Below are positions 1-8,372 of a stretch of DNA of 24,000 bases, one piece after another. The notes under the pieces are model-generated. The model did no database searches and was not told the DNA's origin. It worked only from the letters and a program-made list of their open reading frames with translations. Source of the stretch: Thermotaleaceae bacterium. GTDB lineage: Bacteria > Bacillota > Clostridia > Peptostreptococcales > Thermotaleaceae. Both the position numbers and the translations under genes were made by a program. Location of the stretch: NCBI GenBank assembly GCA_040797825.1, contig JBFNEZ010000001.1:65048-89047 (forward strand). Reading direction: 5' to 3'. Numbering within the stretch: the first letter of the stretch is position 1; every line of letters starts with the position of its first letter.

Positions 1-1116
1 TACAACTTTGAGTTTTATGGGGATGGCAGAAGTTGATCCTAGAGATTGATGGGCTGGATTTACTGCCCTGCCCACATAAAAATTCACATGGGTACAATCA
101 TGAATTAATAAGCGGGACAACATGGCTGCTCCATTTTTTTCTTTCATTCTATGCTCAATTTCTTTAGTCAATGGCAATCTATAAAAATCCTTTAGCTGAC
201 TTAGACTCTCTCTCATTGTCAAAATCCCTTCTGTGACCAAATCAAAGCCCCGCATATATGTAATGGGTGGAATCTCTTTTGTCAAAGTGGATAGATCTAG
301 TTTTAATTCTGTTTTACACTCTCTTGCTGCAATATTGGCTGCTGTTCCTCCACAGATTACTTTTTTTCCTGGTGCCTCAATAAACTCTTTGAGAATAACC
401 GGATCATTTTCTTTGTGAACAGGAGGACCTGTAAAGATATTCACATATTCTGGTCTTTTTAACTGAATCGTCACTGCTGTTGCATCATCACCAGGTTTTC
501 CATCATATAAATCTCTGCAGGTATTCATGAGAGCTTTGGAGATAAAAACTGAATTTCGATCTTCATATAATCTTTTCAGGTATTGGGCTACATTGTCCCA
601 AGTCCATCCAAGATTAAAGATAACCCCCAGCCCCGCGTGAATTACACCATCACTCACCGCGGTAATAAAATCTCCTTCTTTGAGCTGAAACCGATTTTGG
701 TAAATTCTTTTGCCATCAATCTCTAATTCTTTTCCATAGCTTTTGTAGATCTTTTTTTCCTTCTGGTCATAGCAGAATAGAGGAGGATTATCAAATTCAA
801 CGGTATAAACTTCGCCATTGTTATAGACATAAATGATGGTAAAGGTAGAATAGGCAATTTCTCTTATCTGACAAATTGGTAAGGTAGCTGCAATAGTATT
901 TACCACCTCTGTAATAGACAATCCCTCTTTAAGCATGGTACCTGCTATTTTTGTCGTCATGGTTGCAAGGATATGGGCTTTGACTCCACTTCCCAATCCA
1001 TCAGAAAGTACTACAATCACACCTTCTTCTGTTCGTATTATCTCCACATGGTCTCCGCAAAGCTCTTCTCCAGTTTTATTAAGTTGGTCATAAGCAACAT
1101 CCACAAAATATTTCAT
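1..1116 (-). CDS. PP2C/SpoIIE-family serine phosphatase with a C-terminal extension of unknown function; 3' end cut by the window edge (372 codons, no stop)
   Basis: Not in the ORF track because it has no in-window stop. I checked by hand that the frame stays open from ATG 1116..1114 to position 1. Translation begins MKYFVDVAYDQLNKTGEELCGDHVEIIRTEEGVIVVLSDGLGSGVKAHILATMTTKIAGTMLKEG, and later contains FITAVSDGVIHAG and GDDATAV. These are SpoIIE/PP2C-like metal-binding Asp motifs (DGxGxG, SDG). An AGGAGAAG Shine-Dalgarno lies inside the 3' end of the upstream gene. The ATG directly abuts that gene's TAA (1117..1119). Confidence 0.75.
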   Translation of the reverse strand, partial: MKYFVDVAYDQLNKTGEELCGDHVEIIRTEEGVIVVLSDGLGSGVKAHILATMTTKIAGTMLKEGLSITEVVNTIAATLPICQIREIAYSTFTIIYVYNNGEVYTVEFDNPPLFCYDQKEKKIYKSYGKELEIDGKRIYQNRFQLKEGDFITAVSDGVIHAGLGVIFNLGWTWDNVAQYLKRLYEDRNSVFISKALMNTCRDLYDGKPGDDATAVTIQLKRPEYVNIFTGPPVHKENDPVILKEFIEAPGKKVICGGTAANIAARECKTELKLDLSTLTKEIPPITYMRGFDLVTEGILTMRESLSQLKDFYRLPLTKEIEHRMKEKNGAAMLSRLLIHDCTHVNFYVGRAVNPAHQSLGSTSAIPIKLKVV

Positions 1117-2829
1117 TTATTCTTCTCCTGACTCATTCAATGTTAGGGAGATCAATTTAGTTAAAATGACTTTGGTTTCTGCTGTGGTTTCTCCTAATAG
1201 ACTGGCAATTTCCTGGGCAACCCGCATTTGTTTCATAATAACGTCTTGAGCAGCTTCTACAGTGTTCTTTTTCATACGGAGTAGTTCCTTTTCCCGTTGT
1301 TCCTCTTTGGTTATATCTGTAAGAATGGCCAATATGACATCTTCTTTTTCTAAATAAAGAAGATTTTGAATAACGGTTATTCCTTTATCGGGGATATCTA
1401 CTTTTTTGCCTAATATATCTTTCTTGCTTTCAAATATCTCTATGAAATCTCCATAATCTAATATGGACAATACATAGAGGTCATCCCCCTCATTTTTATC
1501 AACTGCAAGATGATGAAGTGCTGCTGGATTGATATTTTTTACTTTTAAATCTCTATCTACTAAAAAAATGAGGTTAGGAGAGTGTTCAAAAATAAGATTG
1601 GATATGGTCTCACTCTTGGCCCTCATAAAAGGCAGGCACATATAGGTCTGCGCCATGCCATTATAGATTGCTATGGCTTTTTCACGACAGGTAGCATAAC
1701 CACATGTGCCACAATTCAATTCGTCACTTCTCTTTATCTTCCCCATCTCTCTTAAAATACCTTGCAATTTTTCTCCTTGAGGAATCTTTAATGGTATCTT
1801 TCGATTGGTGAAACCTCGTGACAGACAAATGGCTTGGTTTAACCTATCCTCTTGAGGTTTTTCCACGGTTTCCTCTGCATAGCGCCTGATCTTTTTACGT
1901 CGCTTTAAAAAATTGTCTTCATTATGAATAAAGGAGGAACCCGTAATACAGCCATTCTTGCAAAAGAACAACTCAAGTACTGCCGGATCCAGACTTCCTT
2001 CTTTCAGAGATAGCAATGTCTCTCTGGTTGCATCTGCTCCTTCTACACCTATCCATTCCATTCCCTCAGGACAATCAGTGTTTCTTTCTGTAAAAATACC
2101 CTGACTTGGAAAAAGCTTTGCAGCTCTGCTTCCCTCATCATCAAAGGGCATCTCTTCGGCAGAGGGCAGCTTAACATCTTCTAAAGCCATCCATTTCTCA
2201 AGTTCATAGAAGGTAAATACCGAATCAACTGCACCCTCCTTTAAAAACTCTGTGTATTCCACCTTAGCTCCAATACACGGACTAAAGAACACCACCTTGC
2301 ACTGAAATCCATATTTTTCTTTAAGTATTTTTCCATGGGCGATCATAGGCGATATCACTGGGAACAAGAAATCCTTCAGTTCAGGATAATGCTTTTGTAT
2401 CCATAAATTCACCGTAAAACAGGAGCTTGATATGCAATATTTCTGCCTTGTTTCTAAAAGATTCCTTTGATATTCTTTATAGACCCTATCAATTCCTACT
2501 GTGCTTTCTTCAACATATTTGAACCCTAATTGTTTTAATGCACCAGGCAATCTTTTATAATTTTCGCCAAAGTATGCAGCATAGGCAGGATCAACAGAAG
2601 CTATCAGCGTTTTATTATTCTGTAAGTAGGCTTTTGCTTTGATATAATTGTTTCGATTGCTTTGAGGGTTCTGAGGGCATACATTAAAGCATCTTCCACA
2701 GGCAATGCATCTGCTTTGATCAATTTTAGTACCTCTTTCATTAAAAGAAATAGCCTTTACAGGGCAGATTCGAATACATTTATAGCAGTTATTACAACTA
2801 TCTTTAGACAAGGTTAAAACCTTTTTCAT
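1117..2829 (-). CDS. [FeFe]-hydrogenase-like sensory Fe-S/PAS protein (HydS / group C-type architecture)
   Basis: 570 aa. Two CxxCxxCxxxCP ferredoxin motifs are present (CNNCYKCIRICP, CIACGRCFNVCP). H-domain-like motifs are ISSSCFTV (cf. TSCCP), SPCIGAKVE (cf. MPCxxKxxE) and ELFFCKNGCITG (cf. ExMxCxxGCxxG). Then come CGTCGYATC-x16-C (Cx2Cx4Cx16C), a PAS-like segment and a coiled-coil tail. The SD is GGAGGGGG, 6 nt before the ATG. Confidence 0.7.
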   Translation of the reverse strand: MKKVLTLSKDSCNNCYKCIRICPVKAISFNERGTKIDQSRCIACGRCFNVCPQNPQSNRNNYIKAKAYLQNNKTLIASVDPAYAAYFGENYKRLPGALKQLGFKYVEESTVGIDRVYKEYQRNLLETRQKYCISSSCFTVNLWIQKHYPELKDFLFPVISPMIAHGKILKEKYGFQCKVVFFSPCIGAKVEYTEFLKEGAVDSVFTFYELEKWMALEDVKLPSAEEMPFDDEGSRAAKLFPSQGIFTERNTDCPEGMEWIGVEGADATRETLLSLKEGSLDPAVLELFFCKNGCITGSSFIHNEDNFLKRRKKIRRYAEETVEKPQEDRLNQAICLSRGFTNRKIPLKIPQGEKLQGILREMGKIKRSDELNCGTCGYATCREKAIAIYNGMAQTYMCLPFMRAKSETISNLIFEHSPNLIFLVDRDLKVKNINPAALHHLAVDKNEGDDLYVLSILDYGDFIEIFESKKDILGKKVDIPDKGITVIQNLLYLEKEDVILAILTDITKEEQREKELLRMKKNTVEAAQDVIMKQMRVAQEIASLLGETTAETKVILTKLISLTLNESGEE

Positions 2830-2887
2830 GTTATACCCCCTCCATTGCTTATCCTAGGAAACCAGCCAATGTCTCAATGTAGAAAAG

Positions 2888-2929
2888 AAGATTTCCCATT
2901 GTGCCTTTGTAAGCCTATAGGGAAATCTT
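2888..2929 (-). terminator. Weak terminator-like hairpin between acsV and the sensor gene
   Basis: AAGATTTCCC (2888..2897) pairs perfectly with GGGAAATCTT (2920..2929), 10 bp, around a large 22-nt loop. On the minus strand it is followed by CUUUUCU. Confidence 0.25.
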
Positions 2930-2937
2930 TAAACATA

Positions 2938-4872
2938 CTATTCTTTTTCTATTTTACCTGCCACCGATGGAAATCGTTCGATATCCGTATGGGGTAGAAA
3001 ACAAGCAGATATAAATTCATCCATGTAACTAGGATAAGCACTTAGTTCCATATAGGTCATCTGTGCAGCAATTTCCTCTAGCTTTCTACGGGCATCTTCA
3101 CTCATTAGGGTGAGATAGCAACCCATTAAGGAACTGTTACCGATATACATATATTTCTCCCTATCAATATCTGGGAAGAGACCTATTTGTATGGCCCTAT
3201 CGATATCCAGACTATTGCCAATTCCTCCTGCAATATAAACTTTATCAATAATGCTCATATCCATTCCTAAGCTTTCAACGAGGGTACAAGCTCCAGAGTA
3301 TACAGCCCCCTTCGCCTTGATGAAATTATCAATATCAATTTCAGTGACTGTTATATCCTCATCCAAATCCCATTCTTCTTTAAAGGCCAGTACATACTCT
3401 CCGATCCCATATTCATCAAAACGGATTCTGACGGTCTTTAAATCTCGATTCAATTTTCCTCTGCGATCAATTAATCCTAGCATCATCATTTCAGCAATCA
3501 AATCAATAATTCCCGATCCGCATATGCCCTTTGGTTTTTCTTCATTAATGACTTTTAGCCTTGGCTCAAAGGTTACTCTATCGATTATAATTCGTTCAAT
3601 AGCACCTCCTGCAGCCCGCATTCCGCAGCTAATCTCTCCGCCTTCAAAGGCAGGTCCTGCTGAACATGCACAAGTCATAAAGAAGTCCTTATTACCAAAC
3701 ACAATTTCCCCATTTGTCCCCAGATCTATAAACAACACGTTTTCTTCTGAAGCCCATATGCCAGAAGAAAGCACACCTGCAGTAATATCACCACCTACAT
3801 AGCTCGCCACAGAGGGTACGATATAAATGAAGGTCTCTGGATTTGCCTCTAACTCTAGTTCTGAAGTCTTAATAAAGGGTGCTCGTACAAAGGTAGGAAT
3901 ATAGGGTTCTCGTCTTAGGTAATCTGGATAAACACCCAGCAATAAATGACACATGGTTGTGTTGCCTGCTGCTACAAAGGCAATAACTTCATCCTTATGG
4001 ATCCCTGCCTCTTTATACATTTTTCTCAACAAGGGATTAATGGTTTCATGAACAATGGCATGGGTTAGTTTTTCTAGACCATTTTTTTTAGTAGCAAAAA
4101 TAATTCGATTGATTACATCGGCTCCATATTGCATCTGGGCATTTCCAGAGGATGCCTTAGCCAATAATTTCCCTCCGTATAAATCAACAAGACAAGCAGC
4201 TACTGAAGTAGTGCCAATATCTAACGCAATACCGTATAGCCTATTTCTCGTGTCTCCACTTTCAATGTTCACAATCGTTGTACGATTTCCACCCCTAGGG
4301 ATATGGGTAATCGTAAGCTGAAAGTTCTGCTCTCTAAGGATATGGGGAAGGCGCTTCATGATAGGCAGTCTACAAAATACCTTATTATAGCCGAATTGAT
4401 TTCGCAGCTGTCTTTTCATTCTATCCCAATCAGAAATATTGTCATCCAAAGTAGGTAATGGAATTTCCAGATAATCCTTTCTTACATAGGATCCGAAGGT
4501 CATATCATTATCACTAACCTGTTTTTTTGCTCTCTCAAAAATTTCTATTTCTCTTGGTCCTGATAATGCTTCTATTTTCATACCTGCCATGTTTGAACTG
4601 TGTCCCTTGGGGATTTCTATGGTAATGTCTTCTATAATTTTTGTTTCACAAGCAAGAATATAGCCATCTTCCCATTCAGACTCTTTGATGTGAAGGGTCT
4701 TTTGTGTCTTTACATTTCCTTGTAGGAGCTTTACTTTGCATTTTCCGCAGGATCCATTCCCATTACAAGGTGCATCAATAAAAATACTGCCCCCGCGAAT
4801 AACCTCCAACAGATTGTCTCCTTCTTTTGCCATAACTTCCACAGCTTCTGGTACAAATCTTACTTTGAACAT
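2938..4872 (-). CDS. acsV: Corrinoid Fe-S protein reductive activase (RACo / AcsV): 2Fe-2S ferredoxin domain plus ASKHA ATPase
   Basis: The N-terminal plant-type 2Fe-2S motif CNGNGSCGKCKV...C is present, followed by ASKHA phosphate motifs DIGTTS and DLGTNGE. The gene sits after acsB-gcvH. The track start at 4878 (MHM...) is only 2 nt from the GGAGGT SD. The ATG at 4872 (MFKVRF...) has 8-nt spacing and is preferred. Confidence 0.9.
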   Translation of the reverse strand: MFKVRFVPEAVEVMAKEGDNLLEVIRGGSIFIDAPCNGNGSCGKCKVKLLQGNVKTQKTLHIKESEWEDGYILACETKIIEDITIEIPKGHSSNMAGMKIEALSGPREIEIFERAKKQVSDNDMTFGSYVRKDYLEIPLPTLDDNISDWDRMKRQLRNQFGYNKVFCRLPIMKRLPHILREQNFQLTITHIPRGGNRTTIVNIESGDTRNRLYGIALDIGTTSVAACLVDLYGGKLLAKASSGNAQMQYGADVINRIIFATKKNGLEKLTHAIVHETINPLLRKMYKEAGIHKDEVIAFVAAGNTTMCHLLLGVYPDYLRREPYIPTFVRAPFIKTSELELEANPETFIYIVPSVASYVGGDITAGVLSSGIWASEENVLFIDLGTNGEIVFGNKDFFMTCACSAGPAFEGGEISCGMRAAGGAIERIIIDRVTFEPRLKVINEEKPKGICGSGIIDLIAEMMMLGLIDRRGKLNRDLKTVRIRFDEYGIGEYVLAFKEEWDLDEDITVTEIDIDNFIKAKGAVYSGACTLVESLGMDMSIIDKVYIAGGIGNSLDIDRAIQIGLFPDIDREKYMYIGNSSLMGCYLTLMSEDARRKLEEIAAQMTYMELSAYPSYMDEFISACFLPHTDIERFPSVAGKIEKE

Positions 4873-4889
4873 ATGCATATACCTCCAAA

Positions 4890-4924
4890 AAATATCTTTT
4901 CCCCCTGAGGGGGAAAAGATATTT
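4890..4924 (-). terminator. Strong intrinsic-terminator-like hairpin between gcvH and acsV
   Basis: AAATATCTTTTCCCCC (4890..4905) and GGGGGAAAAGATATTT (4909..4924) form a perfect 16-bp stem with a 3-nt loop and a G/C-rich top. On the minus strand the stem runs into a U6 tract that leads straight into the acsV SD (UUUUUUGGAGGU). Confidence 0.5.
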
Positions 4925-4936
4925 ACCTTTTACTTG

Positions 4937-5308
4937 CTAAGCCAACGTTCCTTCGTAACCATCTGCACTTAAAAGTGCATCTAATTCTGATTCATCAGCT
5001 ATTTGTACTTTTACAATCCATGCCTCATAGGGCTCTTCATTGATAAATTCTGGTTCTTCATCAAGTTTTTCATTTACTTCCAATACTTCACCAGAAATCG
5101 GTGCATATAGATCAGAAGCTACTTTGGAGGATTCAACCACACCAAAATCCTTGCCCGCCTTCAATTCATCTCCAACCTCAGGCATTTCTACAAAGAGTAT
5201 TTCACCTAGTTTGGATTGGGCATAGTCAGTAATACCTATTAAAGCGGTATCGCCTTCTACCTTTACCCAAGTATGCTTATCACTATATTTTAAATTCTCA
5301 GGATTCAT
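4937..5308 (-). CDS. gcvH: Glycine cleavage system H-type lipoyl carrier protein
   Basis: 123 aa. It carries the lipoyl-lysine motif [16 protein letters not shown]. The SD is GGAGGG, 7 nt upstream. Confidence 0.93.
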   Translation of the reverse strand: MNPENLKYSDKHTWVKVEGDTALIGITDYAQSKLGEILFVEMPEVGDELKAGKDFGVVESSKVASDLYAPISGEVLEVNEKLDEEPEFINEEPYEAWIVKVQIADESELDALLSADGYEGTLA

Positions 5309-5325
5309 ACAAATTCCCTCCAGTT

Positions 5326-7452
5326 CTACATAATCGGATCCATGTTTAGCGCTGGATGTCCTTTTTCTGTTAAGAATGCCAATACTGCCTCTGGATCTGT
5401 TGCAATGGTCTCATCGCAAATCATATCCACGAAATTATCGATACCATTTATTTCCTTTACAGTTTCATTTAATTTATCTCTTACATATTCTTTTAATTCC
5501 TTAGGCATCCACACAATTCTTGCAGACCCACCTTCAGCAGATATGAATTTCTTAGAAGAAATGAAGTATCTACCATGACCCATGAATCCAGGTGTTTGAA
5601 CCCCACCACCTGTCATAGAAGCCAATTCTCCAAATCTCATTCCTACAGGAGTCTCTGCTGGATACTCTCTGTTTACAATAATGATTCCATTTGCTTCTGG
5701 CATAATACCAGCAATACACTCAAAGCATCCACAGGATGTCATTGGATCTTCCATCAAGCTGTATAATGTTACCCTGCTAACAGCGCCTTGTGAATTCTCT
5801 TCAACGTATTCATTAACTGATTTCCAGATACCTTTTACTTCATCCTCAACGCCTTCTTTTAGAATAGGCTGACATGGACCTGTCGGATCAAGCTCTTTCG
5901 TTGCTTTTGCATCTAACCAGCTTACGGCACCACATAGACCAAGTCTTTCAGGAGTAACCACACATACGTGGGCAGGCGCAAAGGATTGACATAATTTACA
6001 AGAGTAGAATGTATCTACACTCTCATCGGTTAGAGAAGCCAAACGTGCATCCCTTGCACTGTATCTTGGGATTGCGTATTCTTCTTTTAGAGCTTTTACC
6101 TTGGCTTCATCAGTAACGATGGTCACCTGACATTTGTCAACAACAGTATCAAACTCGTCAAGCATCTTAGCATAAAGAATTTCTCCAAAGTGATTCAATC
6201 TAAAACCTTTTTCGTAGGCTTCTTTACCAATTCGGATCCAAGCTGTATCTCTTTGTCCAACATGCATTACACCTTCTGTATAGTTCATGAAGTAGTGAAT
6301 ACGTCTTTCCAATACTGGCTCAAAATCCTCTTGCATATTTTTTCCAGCTACGTCTACAATTACTGCCAAAGGTAATCTCTTAATATCACCTTCAACACTA
6401 TCCAAATCTGGACCAATAATTTCGATCTTGTGATCTTCTATTTCTGAAAGTTCTTTTTTTCTTAGCAACTCCCAGCATTCAGTTTTAGAACCACCAAATT
6501 CAGCAAGCATATCTTCTTTACGAATTCTTTCACCTTCAAAGGCTGCGGCAAAGGCTACAGGAATCGGAAGCTCGGTAATCTTGATCTTGATACCTCTTGC
6601 TTCTAAGGATGTGGTTACAACCTTGTCAAAATCTTTTTGTGTCAGTAGAAGGGTTGGAACTTCTGTCACTTCTTGATCAGTAATAACTGGGAAACCTAAA
6701 GCAATGGCTCCAGCACCTGCAGAAATTACAAGCTCGCTTAATGGACCAAAGGCATTAACAAAGGCTGGTACTCTGTTCTTTGTGTATTCCATATGCTTAT
6801 CTAATTTTCCTGGCTCCACGCCACCAAAGATTAAGCTGGCACGGATAGCTACAGATACAACGTGAATAACAGAAGTCACATCATAGCCCAGAGGAATAAC
6901 ACGAAGCTCAAGACCCATTTTTACATTGCCTTCAATGGCTTGATCGATGATTTTTCCTACCAAGAAGGTCAGTAAACCCTTTGATTGATAGTCCTTAATT
7001 ACTTTAGCAGCGGTAGCACTATCGGGACACTCTCCAAGCACAACAGCAACCCCAGGAATGTCTCCAGTTACCAAAGGTACACCTAGAGAACGGATGATTG
7101 GGTCCGTGATATGACCAGCACAGGGTGCTTCATAGGGTGCTTCGCTGAGGGCATACTTGATAGCTTCAATGATTTCTGCTGCAACAGCTGTCGCTAATCC
7201 AGCATTTAAGGCTTCTGTCAGCATAAGCTTTTCCACAATTAGGCTTTTTACGATAGCAACAGCCCCTTCTAGTTCTCCCAATGTGGTGATTTTTTGACCA
7301 GTAGCAGCATAAATGACAGGCAATGCATAGGCAGTATCAGGGAAAGCAACCTTATGATCTCTTCCTTTTTGTTCGATGGCTTGCTTTAAAAGGTCTTCTG
7401 CTGCACTTACTGCTTGATTGGAGCCTGTAAAAACGGTTTGAAACAAATTCAT
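5326..7452 (-). CDS. acsB: Acetyl-CoA synthase (A-cluster subunit, ACS alpha)
   Basis: 708 aa. The A-cluster ligand motifs [25 protein letters not shown] and SCGCFEC are present. The SD is GGAGGG. Confidence 0.96.
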   Translation of the reverse strand: MNLFQTVFTGSNQAVSAAEDLLKQAIEQKGRDHKVAFPDTAYALPVIYAATGQKITTLGELEGAVAIVKSLIVEKLMLTEALNAGLATAVAAEIIEAIKYALSEAPYEAPCAGHITDPIIRSLGVPLVTGDIPGVAVVLGECPDSATAAKVIKDYQSKGLLTFLVGKIIDQAIEGNVKMGLELRVIPLGYDVTSVIHVVSVAIRASLIFGGVEPGKLDKHMEYTKNRVPAFVNAFGPLSELVISAGAGAIALGFPVITDQEVTEVPTLLLTQKDFDKVVTTSLEARGIKIKITELPIPVAFAAAFEGERIRKEDMLAEFGGSKTECWELLRKKELSEIEDHKIEIIGPDLDSVEGDIKRLPLAVIVDVAGKNMQEDFEPVLERRIHYFMNYTEGVMHVGQRDTAWIRIGKEAYEKGFRLNHFGEILYAKMLDEFDTVVDKCQVTIVTDEAKVKALKEEYAIPRYSARDARLASLTDESVDTFYSCKLCQSFAPAHVCVVTPERLGLCGAVSWLDAKATKELDPTGPCQPILKEGVEDEVKGIWKSVNEYVEENSQGAVSRVTLYSLMEDPMTSCGCFECIAGIMPEANGIIIVNREYPAETPVGMRFGELASMTGGGVQTPGFMGHGRYFISSKKFISAEGGSARIVWMPKELKEYVRDKLNETVKEINGIDNFVDMICDETIATDPEAVLAFLTEKGHPALNMDPIM

Positions 7453-7495
7453 TTTTCATTCCCTCCCTCGTTAAAAATAATGAATGTTTATATTT

Positions 7496-8281
7496 TTATA
7501 ATTCTAAATATGAATCAGCGTACAAAATATTCCCTTTGATGACATCACAAGTTTTAATGGTGTTCATCAGTTCCACATCACATGGATTGATGATAGCAGA
7601 AGACAATCCGCACTGCATGGCCATAGCAGCAAAGACACCATCCATAATTGGTCTAATATGCTTTGGCGCACCATTAGAAATATTACTTAATCCACCAGTT
7701 GTTTTTAATCCCATCTCTGTAATCATTTTAATGGCCTCTAGTACTTCATTTTGTTTTTCTTGCATTCCTTTTACAACCAAGAACAATGGATCAAAAAGAA
7801 TATCCGTTGGATCCATTCCTGACTCCATAGCCTTCTCTAACATCTCTGTACAATAAGCCATACGCTCCTCATTATCTCTTGGAATTCCCTCTTTTGCACA
7901 AAGTCCGATGATTTTTGCGTCATATTGACCAGCTAATTCAAATAGGTCAATTCTTGGGCCTGCATCGGCTGAGTTGATGATGGCCTTTCCTTTTGAATTG
8001 TTATAAGCCTTTAGACCTGCTTCAATTGCTTTTCTGTTAACAGTGTCTAAAGCCAAAGGAATATTGTCAAAGTTGGATTGAATTAATTGAACAGCCCATG
8101 TCATTAATTCTTCTCCATCTTTCTCAGCAGGTCCGATGTTTACATCCACATAGTCAGCTCCTGCCTCAATTTGCTCCTTTGCTCTTTTTAGAATTGGCTC
8201 AGGATCTCTTTCGGCTAATGCCTTACGGATAATCGGTGAGATACAGTGAATTCTTTCACCTATTACAAGAAATTTTTCCAT
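7496..8281 (-). CDS. acsE: Methyl-tetrahydrofolate:corrinoid Fe-S protein methyltransferase
   Basis: 261 aa pterin-binding (DHPS-like TIM barrel) protein located between acsC and acsB. The SD is AAGGGGG, 8 nt upstream. Confidence 0.9.
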   Translation of the reverse strand: MEKFLVIGERIHCISPIIRKALAERDPEPILKRAKEQIEAGADYVDVNIGPAEKDGEELMTWAVQLIQSNFDNIPLALDTVNRKAIEAGLKAYNNSKGKAIINSADAGPRIDLFELAGQYDAKIIGLCAKEGIPRDNEERMAYCTEMLEKAMESGMDPTDILFDPLFLVVKGMQEKQNEVLEAIKMITEMGLKTTGGLSNISNGAPKHIRPIMDGVFAAMAMQCGLSSAIINPCDVELMNTIKTCDVIKGNILYADSYLEL

Positions 8282-8306
8282 TATTTTACCCCCTTATTTA
8301 TATTTC

Positions 8307-8346
8307 AAAATCATAAGGAAAACCCCTTCGTTTTCCTTATGATTTT
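8307..8346 (-). terminator. Perfect 17-bp hairpin between acsC and acsE (attenuator or stabiliser candidate)
   Basis: AAAATCATAAGGAAAAC (8307..8323) pairs with GTTTTCCTTATGATTTT (8330..8346) around a 6-nt loop. It has an A-tract on one side and a T-tract on the other, so the shape is bidirectional. It lies 26 nt after the acsC stop and about 12 nt before the acsE SD. Confidence 0.4.
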
Positions 8347-8372
8347 TTAATCTATCTAATCCTATTTCTTCA

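Noticed and set aside
233-418. 61-aa plus-strand ORF at the left edge
   Set aside because: It is antisense to the hand-verified open frame of the PP2C phosphatase (1..1116) and has no SD.
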